64,000 bases of DNA from Gemmatimonadota bacterium (GTDB lineage: Bacteria > Gemmatimonadota > Gemmatimonadetes > JACCXV01 > JAHWKZ01). Numbering within the stretch: position 1 is the first letter of the stretch; each line of letters begins with the position of its first letter. The stretch lies in contig DASRVA010000090.1 in NCBI GenBank assembly GCA_035687745.1, forward strand, positions 291 to 64,290. Direction: 5' to 3'. Below, piece by piece: positions 1-9,654 of the stretch. The notes beneath the pieces are model-generated. The model was given only the letters and a program-made list of their open reading frames with translations, searched no databases and had not been told where the DNA came from. Made by a program: the position numbers and the translations under genes.

Positions 1-334
1 GCGGCGGCTGCCGGCCGTCGCCTCGACCACGAACGTGAACGAATCGGGATCGAGCGGGACGAACGCCAGCCAGCCGCCTCCCGGATCGACCTCGGCCGCC
101 ACGCCGTTCACCGTCACCGAGGCCGGCGCGCCGGAAGCGCCCAGAACGGCCCCGAAGACGAAGGTCGAGTCGGTCGCCGTGACCGCGCTTCCCGACGGCG
201 GGTACCGGACCTCGATCGCCAGCTCGCCGCCCGCCGGGAGCGCGGGCCGGTCGCCGTTCCGTGCCGCGCACGAGATAAGCGCTGGGAGGAAGGTCGCCAC
301 GAGGAACCGGGAATCCAGCGGGCCGCGCCTCATC
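1..334 (-). CDS. Hypothetical lipoprotein, 5' part only (runs off window start). Hand-translated N-terminus MRRGPLDSRFLVATFLPALISCAARNG... with lipobox LISC.
   Basis: ATG near 334 on minus strand, signal peptide plus lipobox, about 110 codons open to position 1. Not in ORF track because no stop lies within the window. Hand translation only. Confidence 0.35.
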
Positions 335-393
335 GCGCGTCAACTTAGCCCCGGTCGGGGAGCCCGCTCAATCCGGCGGCTTATATTCGCGAC

Positions 394-825
394 ATGGCCG
401 AGAAGTCGTACGCCGATCGCGATCTCCTCGACAAGCTGGGCGTCAAGGACGGCATGCGGGTCCTTCTGGTGGGCGACGTGTCGAAGGATCTCCGCTCGCG
501 TCTCGCCGAGCGGTCCGGGGTCGAGCTCCTGGAGAAGCCCGACGACGATCCCGTGAACCTGGTTCTGTTCGCACCGGCGGATGGCTCGCGCGTGAAGGCC
601 GAGCTGGCGGACCACCGCTCCAGGATCGCCCCCGACGGCGCGATCTGGGTCCTGACGCCCAAGCGCGGCCGGCCCGGCTACCTGCGGCAGGAAGCCCTGA
701 TCCCGCAGGGGAAGGCGGTCGGTCTCGTCGACAACAAGATCTGTAGCGTCGACGAATCGACGAGCGGCATGCGGTTCGTCATCCCGATCCCCTGGCGCGA
801 CCACGGGTCCGGCCGGGGGGAGTGA
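394..825 (+). CDS. DUF3052-like conserved hypothetical protein
   Basis: 143-aa ORF MAEKSYADRDLLDKLGVKDGMRVLLVGD... resembles the DUF3052 family; clean frame in the ORF track. Confidence 0.55.
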   Translation: MAEKSYADRDLLDKLGVKDGMRVLLVGDVSKDLRSRLAERSGVELLEKPDDDPVNLVLFAPADGSRVKAELADHRSRIAPDGAIWVLTPKRGRPGYLRQEALIPQGKAVGLVDNKICSVDESTSGMRFVIPIPWRDHGSGRGE

Positions 826-855
826 CCCGGAAATGGCGAAGGCGAAGGGGGCCGG

Positions 856-1539
856 GTGACGGACGCCGGGATCCGCTTCGAGGCCGGCGACGCCGGTCCG
901 GTCTCCGCGCTTCTGCGCCGCCCCGGGGGCGCCGATCGGCTCCTGGTGCTCGCCCACGGGGCGGGCGCCGGGATGCGGCACGCCTTCATGGAGGCTCTCG
1001 CGCAGGCCCTGGCCGAACGCGGGATCGCGACCTTCCGGTACCAGTTCCCCTACACGGAGGCCGGCCGGAAGCGACCCGACCGGGAGCCGGTCCTGAGGAC
1101 GACAGTCGTGGCCGCGGTCGGGGCCGCCCGGGAACGCGCGCCCGACCTGCCGCTCCTGGCGGGCGGCAAGTCGATGGGCGGCCGGATGACCTCGCGGGCC
1201 GCGGCGACGGACGGCCTGACCGACGTCCGAGGGCTGGTCTTCTTCGGCTTCCCGCTTCATCCACCGGGCAAGCCCTCGACCGACCGCGCCGACCACCTGG
1301 CCGACGTTGAGGTCCCTATGCTCTTCCTGCAGGGCGAGCGGGACGCCTTCGGCGGCCTGGATCTGGTGGAGCCCCTGGTCGAACGGCTCGGGCCGCGCGC
1401 GACCCTCCACGTCGTCGCCGGCGCCGACCACGGCTTCCACGTCCCCAGGCGCTCGGGCCGCACGGACGAGGAGGCCGTCGCCGATCTCGCCCGGCGCACC
1501 GACGAATGGTCGGCGGAGGTCCTGGCAGGCCGGACGTGA
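856..1539 (+). CDS. alpha/beta-fold hydrolase (dienelactone-hydrolase/KANL3-like predicted hydrolase)
   Basis: GKSMGGRMTS nucleophile-elbow-like motif and LVLAHGAGAGM; 227 aa. Its TGA stop overlaps the next gene's GTG (GTGA at 1536-1539). Confidence 0.7.
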   Translation: MTDAGIRFEAGDAGPVSALLRRPGGADRLLVLAHGAGAGMRHAFMEALAQALAERGIATFRYQFPYTEAGRKRPDREPVLRTTVVAAVGAARERAPDLPLLAGGKSMGGRMTSRAAATDGLTDVRGLVFFGFPLHPPGKPSTDRADHLADVEVPMLFLQGERDAFGGLDLVEPLVERLGPRATLHVVAGADHGFHVPRRSGRTDEEAVADLARRTDEWSAEVLAGRT

Positions 1540-2237
1540 ACCTTTGGGTCGGGACGAGCGGGTTCGCCTACAAGGAGTGGAAGGGCGTCTTCTATCCGGA
1601 GGACCTGTCCGACAAGGAGATGCTGCCCCACTACGCGAGCCGGCTTCCCGCGGTCGAGATCAACAACACGTTCTACCGGATGCCGACCGAGAAGCTCCTC
1701 CTGGGCTGGGCGGCACAGGTGCCCGAGCGGTTCCGGTTCTCGATCAAGGCATCCCGGAGGATCACCCACCAGAAGAAGCTGGCTGGCGCCGCGGAAGAGA
1801 CGGAGTATCTGCTCCGTACGGTCTCGGTCCTGGCCGACCACATGGGACCCGTCCTCTTCCAGCTCCCGCCCTATCTGCGGAAGGACGACGGGCTCCTCGC
1901 CTCGTTTCTGGACCTCCTGCCGCCGACGGTCCCCGCCGCTTTCGAGTTCCGCCACGCGAGCTGGATGGACGACGCGACGCTGGACCACCTGGCGGCGCGC
2001 GGGGTGGCGCTGTGCGTTGCCGAGACCGAGGATGGGCTGGACGCGCCGCGGCTGGGGACCGCGGGGTGGGGCTACCTGCGCCTCCGCCGGACCGACTACT
2101 CGGAGGAGGACCTGGCCGCGTGGGCCGAGCGGGTCGCGGATCAGGGATGGTCCGACGCGTACGTCTTCTTCAAGCACGAGGACGAGGCGGAGGGGCCGCG
2201 GTTCGCCGAGCGGTTCCTGGAGCTGGCTGGCGGCTGA
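1536..2237 (+). CDS. DUF72 (YecE) family protein
   Basis: VNLWVGTSGFAYKEWKGVFYP is the typical DUF72 N-terminus. GTG at 1536 overlaps the upstream stop; the ORF track start at 1506 is an in-frame alternative. Confidence 0.7.
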   Translation: MNLWVGTSGFAYKEWKGVFYPEDLSDKEMLPHYASRLPAVEINNTFYRMPTEKLLLGWAAQVPERFRFSIKASRRITHQKKLAGAAEETEYLLRTVSVLADHMGPVLFQLPPYLRKDDGLLASFLDLLPPTVPAAFEFRHASWMDDATLDHLAARGVALCVAETEDGLDAPRLGTAGWGYLRLRRTDYSEEDLAAWAERVADQGWSDAYVFFKHEDEAEGPRFAERFLELAGG

Positions 2238-2244
2238 ACCCGTC

Positions 2245-3984
2245 TCACCCCAGCAGCCGCTCCACCCGCTCGCGGGTCAGGCTGCGCGCCAGCATCCAGC
2301 CGGACACGATCGCCAGCACGCTGAAGCCAACCCCCCAGCCCCATTCGAGAAGCACCAGCTTGCCCAGCCCGAACAGTGCTGCGTAGATGAAGGCCACGCC
2401 CAGGAGCCACAGCCGGAGCCCCTGCCGCAGACGCTCCTTGCCTGGCGAGCGCGTCTCGCCGATCGCCTCCCGCACCGGCCCCCACCATCCGGGTGGTCGC
2501 GCGCGGCGGTAGAACTCCGTCAGCTTTTCCATCGGCGTCGGCGGTGTGAGCCAGGTCACCGCCACCCACAAGAACGTCGAGCCGAGGACGTTGATCACCA
2601 CCTTGGCCGCGAACGGGAACTCGGGGCCGCCCCAGCGCGGGCTCATCTCGAGGAGCGCCCCGATCACCGATGAGGCCACCATCGCGGCGATCTCGCTCCA
2701 CGCGTTGACGCGCCACCAGAACCACCGGGCGATATAGACGAGCCCGATTCCGGCGCCCAGGGTCAGGAGCAGGCTGAAGAGCCCGAAGATCGTGTCGGCG
2801 TAGTAGCCGATCGTGACGCCGACCAGGAGCGCCGCCAGCGACGCCACCCGGCCGACCGCGACGTAGTGCCGCTCCGATCTCCCGCGGACGAGAAACGGCC
2901 GATAGAGGTCGTTCACGAGATACGCCGCCGAGAGGTTGATGTAGGAGGTCAGGGTTGACATGAAAGCCGCCACGAGCGAGGCCAGCATGAGCCCCAGGAG
3001 CCCGGCTGGAAGGAGGTCGACCATCGCCTGCGCGTACACCAGTTCGTGGTCCTGGGCTGCCGGGTAGAGAAGGAGCGAGGCGAGCGCGACCAGCACCCAC
3101 GGCCAGGGGCGGAGCGCATAGTTGGCCACCTGGAACCACAGGGTGCCGAGGACCGCCTCGCGCTCGTCCTTGGAGGCCGCCATCCGCTGGATCACGACCG
3201 CGCCGCCATCGGCGTTCTTGTTGGCCCACCACTGGAACACGATGAAGACCAGGAACGTGGCGAGCGCGGTCGCCGACCAGGCGAGGAGGGGGTGCTCCCA
3301 CACGCCGGCCGGCGCCTCGGCGCTCAAGCCGGGGAGGAACCGGAGGGCGTCCGCGTGGCCGGTTTCATTAAGATCGGCCAGCATGGTCGTGAAGCCGCCC
3401 GCCGCTTCGACCGCGAAGATGGCGAGGAGGACGGCCCCCGCCATCGCCAGGACGAACTGGACGAGATCCGTCACGACCACCCCCCAGAGCCCCGACAGCA
3501 TCGAGTAGGCGAGCGTGATGCCGGCGGCGAAGACGGTCGCGCCGAGCGGACCGACGTCGAAGACGGCCCCGAACACCTTGACCATGGCGAGACAGACCCA
3601 CGCCATCGTGAGGCAGTTGGCGTACAGCGTCATGTAGCCGGCCCGGAAGCCCCTCAGGACGGCGGCCGGACGGCCGGCGTAGCGGAGCTGCGCCAGCTCG
3701 ACGTCGGTCACGACCTCGGTCCGCCGCCAGAGCTGGGCAAAGAAGAAGGCGGCCAGGACGCCGCCGATCGCGAAGCACCACCAGATCCAGTTGCCCTGGA
3801 TCCCCTGGGTCCGGACGATGCCGGTCACGAAGAGGGGGGTGTCGACCGAGAACGAGGTCGCCACCATCGACGTCCCGGCCAGCCACCACGGGAGGTTCCG
3901 GCCCGAGACGAAGAACTCGGTCGTCGAGGTGCCCGCGCGGCGGACGAAGTAGAGCCCGACCGCGAGGGAGAACAGGAAGTACAA
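2245..3984 (-). CDS. sodium:solute symporter (SSF family) permease
   Basis: 579 aa, multi-TM, SSF-like motifs (GRNLPWWLAGTSMVATSFS, NADGGAVVIQR); last gene of the anmK-nagZ-mltD operon. Confidence 0.8.
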   Translation of the reverse strand: MYFLFSLAVGLYFVRRAGTSTTEFFVSGRNLPWWLAGTSMVATSFSVDTPLFVTGIVRTQGIQGNWIWWCFAIGGVLAAFFFAQLWRRTEVVTDVELAQLRYAGRPAAVLRGFRAGYMTLYANCLTMAWVCLAMVKVFGAVFDVGPLGATVFAAGITLAYSMLSGLWGVVVTDLVQFVLAMAGAVLLAIFAVEAAGGFTTMLADLNETGHADALRFLPGLSAEAPAGVWEHPLLAWSATALATFLVFIVFQWWANKNADGGAVVIQRMAASKDEREAVLGTLWFQVANYALRPWPWVLVALASLLLYPAAQDHELVYAQAMVDLLPAGLLGLMLASLVAAFMSTLTSYINLSAAYLVNDLYRPFLVRGRSERHYVAVGRVASLAALLVGVTIGYYADTIFGLFSLLLTLGAGIGLVYIARWFWWRVNAWSEIAAMVASSVIGALLEMSPRWGGPEFPFAAKVVINVLGSTFLWVAVTWLTPPTPMEKLTEFYRRARPPGWWGPVREAIGETRSPGKERLRQGLRLWLLGVAFIYAALFGLGKLVLLEWGWGVGFSVLAIVSGWMLARSLTRERVERLLG

Positions 3985-4043
3985 GGCAAGGACGGCCCAG
4001 TCGAGAGGATGGAGCTGGGCGAAGAACCGTGCCAGGACGCCGC

Positions 4044-5399
4044 TCAGCTCGCGACCTGGAGCCTCTGACCGATCCGGATCGTGTTTCTGTCGCGCAGGTC
4101 GTTGAGCTGGACGAGATCCGCCACCGTCGTCCCGTGACGGGCAGCGATCGAGGAGAGCGTGTCGCCCCTCTGGACCACGTAGTAGCGCGGGCCTTCACTC
4201 GGCTCCTCGACCGTCCGCACGCGGCGCTCGCTCTTCCCCGCCAGCGCGGCGGCGAGCTGGGACGGCGCCTCGTGGGCGTAACCGGGCGGCAGGCGCATCA
4301 GGAACCCGGCCGGGATGTTGCGGCGGCCCCGCCAGACGTCGTCGGTCAGGGAGGGGTTGAGCTGCCAGAGCCGGCCGGCATCCACCCTGAGCGCGTTGGC
4401 GACGTCGTGGAGGCCGATCGAGCTCTCAACCTCGAACGTGTCGAACTGGAGCGGCTCGAACGGATCCATCTCGCCGAAGTAGACGAGCGGGTTCTCGGCG
4501 ATCTCCAGGGCGGCCAGGAACTCGGCGTAGAAGTTCTTCGAGGCGAAGCCGAACGCCGGCCCCTCGTAATGACGCCGAACGGTCATGTAGTCGGTCGTGC
4601 CGAGCTCCCTGACCGCGCGCATCATGCCGTAATAGCCGTGGTTGTACGAGGTGATCGCCAACGGCCAGGACCCCATGTCGTCGTAGCTGTTCCTCAAGTA
4701 CCGGGCGGCGCCGCGTGCTGCCAGGATCGGATCGAACCGCTCGTCCACCGAGCGGTCCATCCTGAGGTAGATCCGGCCGGTTGCGGGCATGAACTGCCAC
4801 ACGCCCGCAGCGCCGACGGACGAGCGGGCCTGCAGGTTGAACGTCGACTCGACCATCGGCAGCCAGGCGATCTCCGCCGGCACGCCCTCGTCCTCGAGGA
4901 TCTCCACGATGTGGTCGTGGTACTGGCCGGCATGGAGGAGCCCGGCCATGAACCGCTCCTTGAGGCCTCGCTGGACACGGATGTTGTCGGCGGCCTTCCG
5001 CCAGATCGCCGGATTGGCGCCGGGACCGAAAGCCTCGTAGACGTCCTCGTAGTCGTCCGAGAGCGTCCGAGGGTCGGGGTTCCGAGCGGCGAGATCGAGC
5101 AATATCGTTCGGATCCGCCGGACGATCGCTTCCTGCGCAGCCTCGTTGGAACGGTAGGTCTCCCGGTCCTCCGACTTCTCCTGGTCCAGCACGCGGTAGA
5201 CGACGCTCAGGTCGTCCCGGTCGTGGAAGGCGACCTGGTCCTGGCTCCATTCGCTGTAGACCCGCTTCCAGAACTCGACGGCGGGCTCGAGGCCGATCGG
5301 GACGTCGAACGTATCGTCCTGGGCCCTGAGCTCGAGGCCGCGCGCGGGCTGGAGGAAGGTGAGCGTCAGGGCGAGAAGGAAGACGGATTTCCGGGGCAT
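4044..5399 (-). CDS. mltD: membrane-bound lytic murein transglycosylase (SLT domain plus C-terminal LysM), MltD-like
   Basis: Signal peptide; SLT catalytic region (EIAWLPMVESTFN, AAGVWQFMPATG); LysM (YYVVQRGDTLSSIAARHGTTVADLVQLNDL). Confidence 0.8.
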   Translation of the reverse strand: MPRKSVFLLALTLTFLQPARGLELRAQDDTFDVPIGLEPAVEFWKRVYSEWSQDQVAFHDRDDLSVVYRVLDQEKSEDRETYRSNEAAQEAIVRRIRTILLDLAARNPDPRTLSDDYEDVYEAFGPGANPAIWRKAADNIRVQRGLKERFMAGLLHAGQYHDHIVEILEDEGVPAEIAWLPMVESTFNLQARSSVGAAGVWQFMPATGRIYLRMDRSVDERFDPILAARGAARYLRNSYDDMGSWPLAITSYNHGYYGMMRAVRELGTTDYMTVRRHYEGPAFGFASKNFYAEFLAALEIAENPLVYFGEMDPFEPLQFDTFEVESSIGLHDVANALRVDAGRLWQLNPSLTDDVWRGRRNIPAGFLMRLPPGYAHEAPSQLAAALAGKSERRVRTVEEPSEGPRYYVVQRGDTLSSIAARHGTTVADLVQLNDLRDRNTIRIGQRLQVAS

Positions 5400-5487
5400 G
5401 GGACTCGCTCTCTCCGGTGTGAACGTCGGCGACGATCTGCGGCTCGTCGGGCTCTACTATGCAAAACGCCGGCCATTTGTTCGCCGC

Positions 5488-7086
5488 TTAGCGCGCTCCC
5501 GGTGGGGGACCGCTCCCCTGGTCGAGACGCACCGGCAACCGTCCGCTCGGGGCGAGGGCGCCGCGGAGGAAGGCCAGCGCGGCACGCTGGCTCGCGGCGT
5601 CCTCGCCGTACGCCCAGACGACTCGGGATGGGGCCCGGATCTCCCGTACGATACGGGGGTTCGAGAAGATCAGCAAGACGGCCTCCCGCGCCGGGCCGCA
5701 CGCCGCCTCGACGGCCTCGCGGCCCATCTCCGACAGCCCGGCGCGGCCCTTCCAGGCGCGGATCGGGCTGAAGACCGCGCACGCCACGGACTCTTCCGCG
5801 GCGGCCTTGCGGACCTGGCGAAGGCGATCGCGCACCTCCCCGGGCGGGTCGGTGGTGTCGACGAAGTGCATGCGGTCGGCCGCCGGACGCCCGAGCTCCT
5901 GCTCCAGGACCACGCTCTCCCGATCGATCCCGCCATCCAGAACCACGACCCATCGCGCGCGGTCGGGCCACGCCGGTCCGGCGGGGGGCTCGGGGGGATC
6001 GGCGGTCAGGGCGGATCCCGCCAGGGCCTCGGCCAGGGGGGCCGAGCCGGCCAGGGCTGGCTGGGGACGATCCCCGAACGCCCACGTCTTCAGGGCGAGC
6101 AGGCGGCCGACCGCTGCCTCGCAGCGGGCGCGGTCGACCTCCCCCGATCCCAGGCCGGCCGTCAGCGCGGCATGCACGGCCGGCGGATCCGGCGGATAGA
6201 GGAGCCAGTCGACGCCCGCCTCGAGCGCCCGCCGGGCGGTCGCGCCCGGCCCTTCGCCGGCCAGCGCCCCCATCATGAGCGCGTCGCTGCAGACGAGGCC
6301 CTGGAACCCCCACGCGCGACGCAGGAGTCCCTCCAGGAGGGCGCGGGAGAAGGTCGCCGGGCGGCGCGTCCCGTCGGGCTCGAGGCGCGGGAACGCGACG
6401 TGCGCGGTCATGACAAGCCTGGCCCCGGCCGCCAGGCCCGCCCGGAAGGGGACCCAGTCGGATCGCTCCAGCTCCTCCCGCCGGGCCTCCACGGACGGCA
6501 GGACGTCGTGGCTGTCGAAGGTCGTCCGGCCGTGACCGGGGAAATGCTTGACCGCGGCCGCCACGCCGGCCGCCTGCTGTCCCTCGACGAGGGCCGCCAC
6601 GATCGCTCCCACGGCCTCGGGGTCGTCGCCGGCCGCGCGGGTGGCGACGATCGGGTTCGCCGGCTCGCTCGCCAGGTCCGCCACCGGCACATAGTTGACA
6701 TGGATCCCGGCGGCTCGGAGCTCGGCGCCGACCGATCGCCCGACCTCGCGCGCAAGCGCGGGGTCGGCCGCCGCCCCCAGCGCCATCAGGGGGGGGAAGG
6801 TGGTACCCGCGCGCGGGAACTGCTGCCCGAGCCCACGCTCGAAGTCGCCGGTCACGAGGAGCGGCACGGCCGACCGCTGGTCGGCCTCGGCGACCAGATC
6901 CCGGACCGCCGCCAGGTCGCCGCCGAAGACGATGACGCCACCCCAGGCGTGGCGATCCAGGTCCTCGAGAAATGCTGCCCGCGCCGTCCGTTCTCCGCCG
7001 TAGTCGCGCAGGGAAACGCAGACGAGCTGACCCGCGAGGTCGCGCGCCTCGAACGCGTCGGGGCCGGGGAGGATCGGCGCGATCAC
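5488..7086 (-). CDS. nagZ: beta-N-acetylhexosaminidase NagZ (GH3)
   Basis: GH3 motifs KHFPGHG, CSDALMMGA. Start GTG at 7086 overlaps the anmK stop (GTGA at 7083-7086). The N-terminal 230 aa of the ORF-track frame is out-of-gene read-through. Confidence 0.8.
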   Translation of the reverse strand: MIAPILPGPDAFEARDLAGQLVCVSLRDYGGERTARAAFLEDLDRHAWGGVIVFGGDLAAVRDLVAEADQRSAVPLLVTGDFERGLGQQFPRAGTTFPPLMALGAAADPALAREVGRSVGAELRAAGIHVNYVPVADLASEPANPIVATRAAGDDPEAVGAIVAALVEGQQAAGVAAAVKHFPGHGRTTFDSHDVLPSVEARREELERSDWVPFRAGLAAGARLVMTAHVAFPRLEPDGTRRPATFSRALLEGLLRRAWGFQGLVCSDALMMGALAGEGPGATARRALEAGVDWLLYPPDPPAVHAALTAGLGSGEVDRARCEAAVGRLLALKTWAFGDRPQPALAGSAPLAEALAGSALTADPPEPPAGPAWPDRARWVVVLDGGIDRESVVLEQELGRPAADRMHFVDTTDPPGEVRDRLRQVRKAAAEESVACAVFSPIRAWKGRAGLSEMGREAVEAACGPAREAVLLIFSNPRIVREIRAPSRVVWAYGEDAASQRAALAFLRGALAPSGRLPVRLDQGSGPPPGAR

Positions 7087-8306
7087 CCGTCCCCTGCCCC
7101 ACTCCCGGTGCCAGGCGGTGGGAACGAGAGGCGGCCGCAGCGGGCCGCGTGCCGGGCCCCGGTGACGGAGGGCAGGTTGACCGACCGCCCCAGCGCGCTC
7201 GCCCAGGCCATGATCGCGAACGCGACCGCCTCCTTGAAGTCTCCGTCCAGCCCATACGCGTCGACCGGGACGACCGTCCTGGGGGCCAGCCTCCGGGTAA
7301 GCTCGTGCATGAGCGCCCGGTTCTTCCTGCCGCCGCCCGCCACGACCACCTCCGCCTGGTCCGGGACGGGCTCGGTCCCGCATGCTCCCTCTACGGCCCG
7401 GGCGACGCTCTCCACCGTGATCTGGACGGCCGTCGCCATCCGCTCCTCGACCTGATCCCAGGTCAACCCGTCGAATGGGCTGAAGTGGCGTTCCGTCCAA
7501 CCCGCGCCGAACCGCTCCCGGCCCGTCGATTTGGGGGCCGGACGCGCGAAGTAGGGATCCTCCATCGCCCCGCGGAGCCGGGCCGCGCTCGGCCGGCCCG
7601 CCGAGGCCCGCCGGCCCTCCCGGTCGTATGGCTCTCCCAGCAGACGCTCGGCGAGGTCGTCCAGCACCATGTTGGCGGGCCCGGTGTCGAACGCGGTCAC
7701 CGAGTCCGGGCCGACGCCCGGCGGGAGGAGGGTCACGTTGGCGATCCCGCCCAGGTTCAGGCACACCGTCCATCGCTCGGCCGAGCCGAAGAGGAGACGG
7801 TCGACGTAGGGTACGAACGGCGCGCCTTCGCCGCCCGCCGCCACGTCCGCGGGGCGGAAGTCCGACCAGACGGGGATGCCCGACCGCTCGGCGACGACGG
7901 CCGGCTCGCCGATCTGAAGCGTGGCCGGGACGCCGGTCGCCTCCCCGGCGGGATCGTGCCAGACCGTCTGTCCGTGGCTGCCGATCAGGCAGAACCGGGA
8001 GAGGGGGATCCCGGCTGCCCGGGCCGCCTGGGCGGCCGCCTCGGCGAACCGCCGGCCCAGATCGAAGTCGAGGCCCGCGAGCTCCGCGACCGTGAGGCCG
8101 TGGGGGTGTCGGAGCCGGTCCGCGAGGGCCGCCGGATAAGGGAGAAATGCTGTTCCCAGCACCTCCGGCCTCAGCCCGGGCTCCGGCGCCCCCGCGAGAC
8201 GGCAGGCGGCGGCGTCCACTCCGTCCGCGGAGGTCCCCGAGATCACGCCGATCACGAGGGCCGGCTGGTCACCCGGCAGGAGCGAAAGATCGGGGCGAAT
8301 CGGCAT
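7083..8306 (-). CDS. anmK: anhydro-N-acetylmuramic acid kinase
   Basis: 407 aa; GVISGTSADGVDAA N-terminus and overall AnmK architecture. Confidence 0.85.
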   Translation of the reverse strand: MPIRPDLSLLPGDQPALVIGVISGTSADGVDAAACRLAGAPEPGLRPEVLGTAFLPYPAALADRLRHPHGLTVAELAGLDFDLGRRFAEAAAQAARAAGIPLSRFCLIGSHGQTVWHDPAGEATGVPATLQIGEPAVVAERSGIPVWSDFRPADVAAGGEGAPFVPYVDRLLFGSAERWTVCLNLGGIANVTLLPPGVGPDSVTAFDTGPANMVLDDLAERLLGEPYDREGRRASAGRPSAARLRGAMEDPYFARPAPKSTGRERFGAGWTERHFSPFDGLTWDQVEERMATAVQITVESVARAVEGACGTEPVPDQAEVVVAGGGRKNRALMHELTRRLAPRTVVPVDAYGLDGDFKEAVAFAIMAWASALGRSVNLPSVTGARHAARCGRLSFPPPGTGSGAGDG

Positions 8307-8496
8307 GGCGGCGCGAAGGTAGCGTGGGTGCGTGACCCCTGCGAGAAGCCGCGAATTGCCGCCTCGTCAGCGGGTATGGCCCTCCGCCCGCCGACCCCCT
8401 ACCCTTCAAGGGGGTGTCGGTACCGTATTTGCGTCCTCAGGCCCGCTGCCGACCGAACTGAATGCCCCCGGACAACAACCACGGAGGCAATGGCTC

Positions 8497-9405
8497 ATGA
8501 GGAAGCAAGCACACCGTATGGCCGCGCCACTTCTGGCGGCCCTGTTCGCCCTGTCCTGTTCCGACGACGGCCCGAGCGGGCCGGACCTCGGGGACGGCAG
8601 GGCGCGGATCAGCGGGCGCATCACCGCGACCGAGGCGGCGGCCTCGACGGGCCTCGCGGCGCGCGCTCTCGGGCTCGCCCAGGGCGACGACTTCGTCGGC
8701 GACGAGGCCTTGACCGATGTCACGGTAGAGATCGTCGACGGTGGTGGAAGCGTGGTCGCCTCGACCGAGACCGACGACTCCGGCCTGTTCACGGCCGAGG
8801 TCGGCGCCGGCACGTACACCGTGAACCTCCTCGTCGGCGGCGAATCGGTCCTCTCGTTCACGCTGGACGTCCCCGAGGATGGGACGCTGTTCGCGGAGGG
8901 CAAGGTCGACCTCCTCCCCAACGGAAAGCTCAAGCTGGATCTCCAGATCTTCCGCGACAACGACGGCGATGGCGAGCCCGACGATTCGTTCCGGATCCGG
9001 ATCCAGGGACGGGTCGAGGGCGAGCCGGCCAGCGGCGACGTGGACGTCGTGGCCAGCCAGGACGACATCGAGGACCAGGTCACGATCTGCCACATCCCGC
9101 CGGGCAACCTCGACAACGCCCACACGATCGTGGTCGGCGCTCCGGCCGTGGACGCCCACCTCGCCCACGGCGACTTCGAGGGCGAGTGCGACGGCGAAGA
9201 CGGCGCGACGGACGACGATCTCGACGACGACGGCGAAGAGGATGACGCGGACGACGTCAAGGTCCTCGTCTGCCATGTCCCGCCCGGCAACCCCGACAAC
9301 GAGAACACGATCGAGATCTCCGAAGACGCGCTGGAAGCCCATCTCGCGCATGGGGATACCGAAGGCGAGTGCGAGGAGGACGGGAGCGAAGGCGAGGGAG
9401 GCTGA
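8497..9405 (+). CDS. lipoprotein with CarboxypepD_reg-like beta-sandwich, acidic linker and two 35-aa Cys/His-rich repeats
   Basis: GGAGG RBS 9 nt upstream of ATG 8497; lipobox ALSC; repeats ICHIPPGNLDNAHTIVVGAPAVDAHLAHGDFEGEC (9085-9189) and VCHVPPGNPDNENTIEISEDALEAHLAHGDTEGEC (9268-9372). Confidence 0.65.
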   Translation: MRKQAHRMAAPLLAALFALSCSDDGPSGPDLGDGRARISGRITATEAAASTGLAARALGLAQGDDFVGDEALTDVTVEIVDGGGSVVASTETDDSGLFTAEVGAGTYTVNLLVGGESVLSFTLDVPEDGTLFAEGKVDLLPNGKLKLDLQIFRDNDGDGEPDDSFRIRIQGRVEGEPASGDVDVVASQDDIEDQVTICHIPPGNLDNAHTIVVGAPAVDAHLAHGDFEGECDGEDGATDDDLDDDGEEDDADDVKVLVCHVPPGNPDNENTIEISEDALEAHLAHGDTEGECEEDGSEGEGG

Positions 9406-9508
9406 CCCGTCGGCGGAACCGGTGGAACCCGGCCCCGGTCCTGGGGTAGGGAAAGCCGTTCCGCCATCGTCGTGATTGAAACCGCGGCCCCACGGCGGTG
9501 GTGAACGA

Positions 9509-9545
9509 GAGGGCCCCTCCTCCGGGAGGGGCCCTCACTTTTTGG
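9509..9545 (+). terminator. intrinsic terminator of the lipoprotein gene
   Basis: Perfect 12-bp stem GAGGGCCCCTCC/GGAGGGGCCCTC with a 4-nt loop, followed by ACTTTTTGG. Confidence 0.7.
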
Positions 9546-9654
9546 CGGTTCCCTCCGTTGCCGGACCGCTCACCCCCGGGTACCATCCCCGCGGACGGTC
9601 GTCCCGTCCCCTGCCCACGCGGGTTAACCGCTTCCCCAGAACGAGGAAACGATC

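Noticed and set aside
5359-9245. Very long ORFs 5359-7455 (+), 5366-7255 (-), 6972-9245 (+) overlapping nagZ/anmK
   Set aside because: Arg/Pro/Gly-rich translations typical of wrong-frame reading of 70% GC DNA. The same DNA encodes well-supported NagZ and AnmK in another frame.
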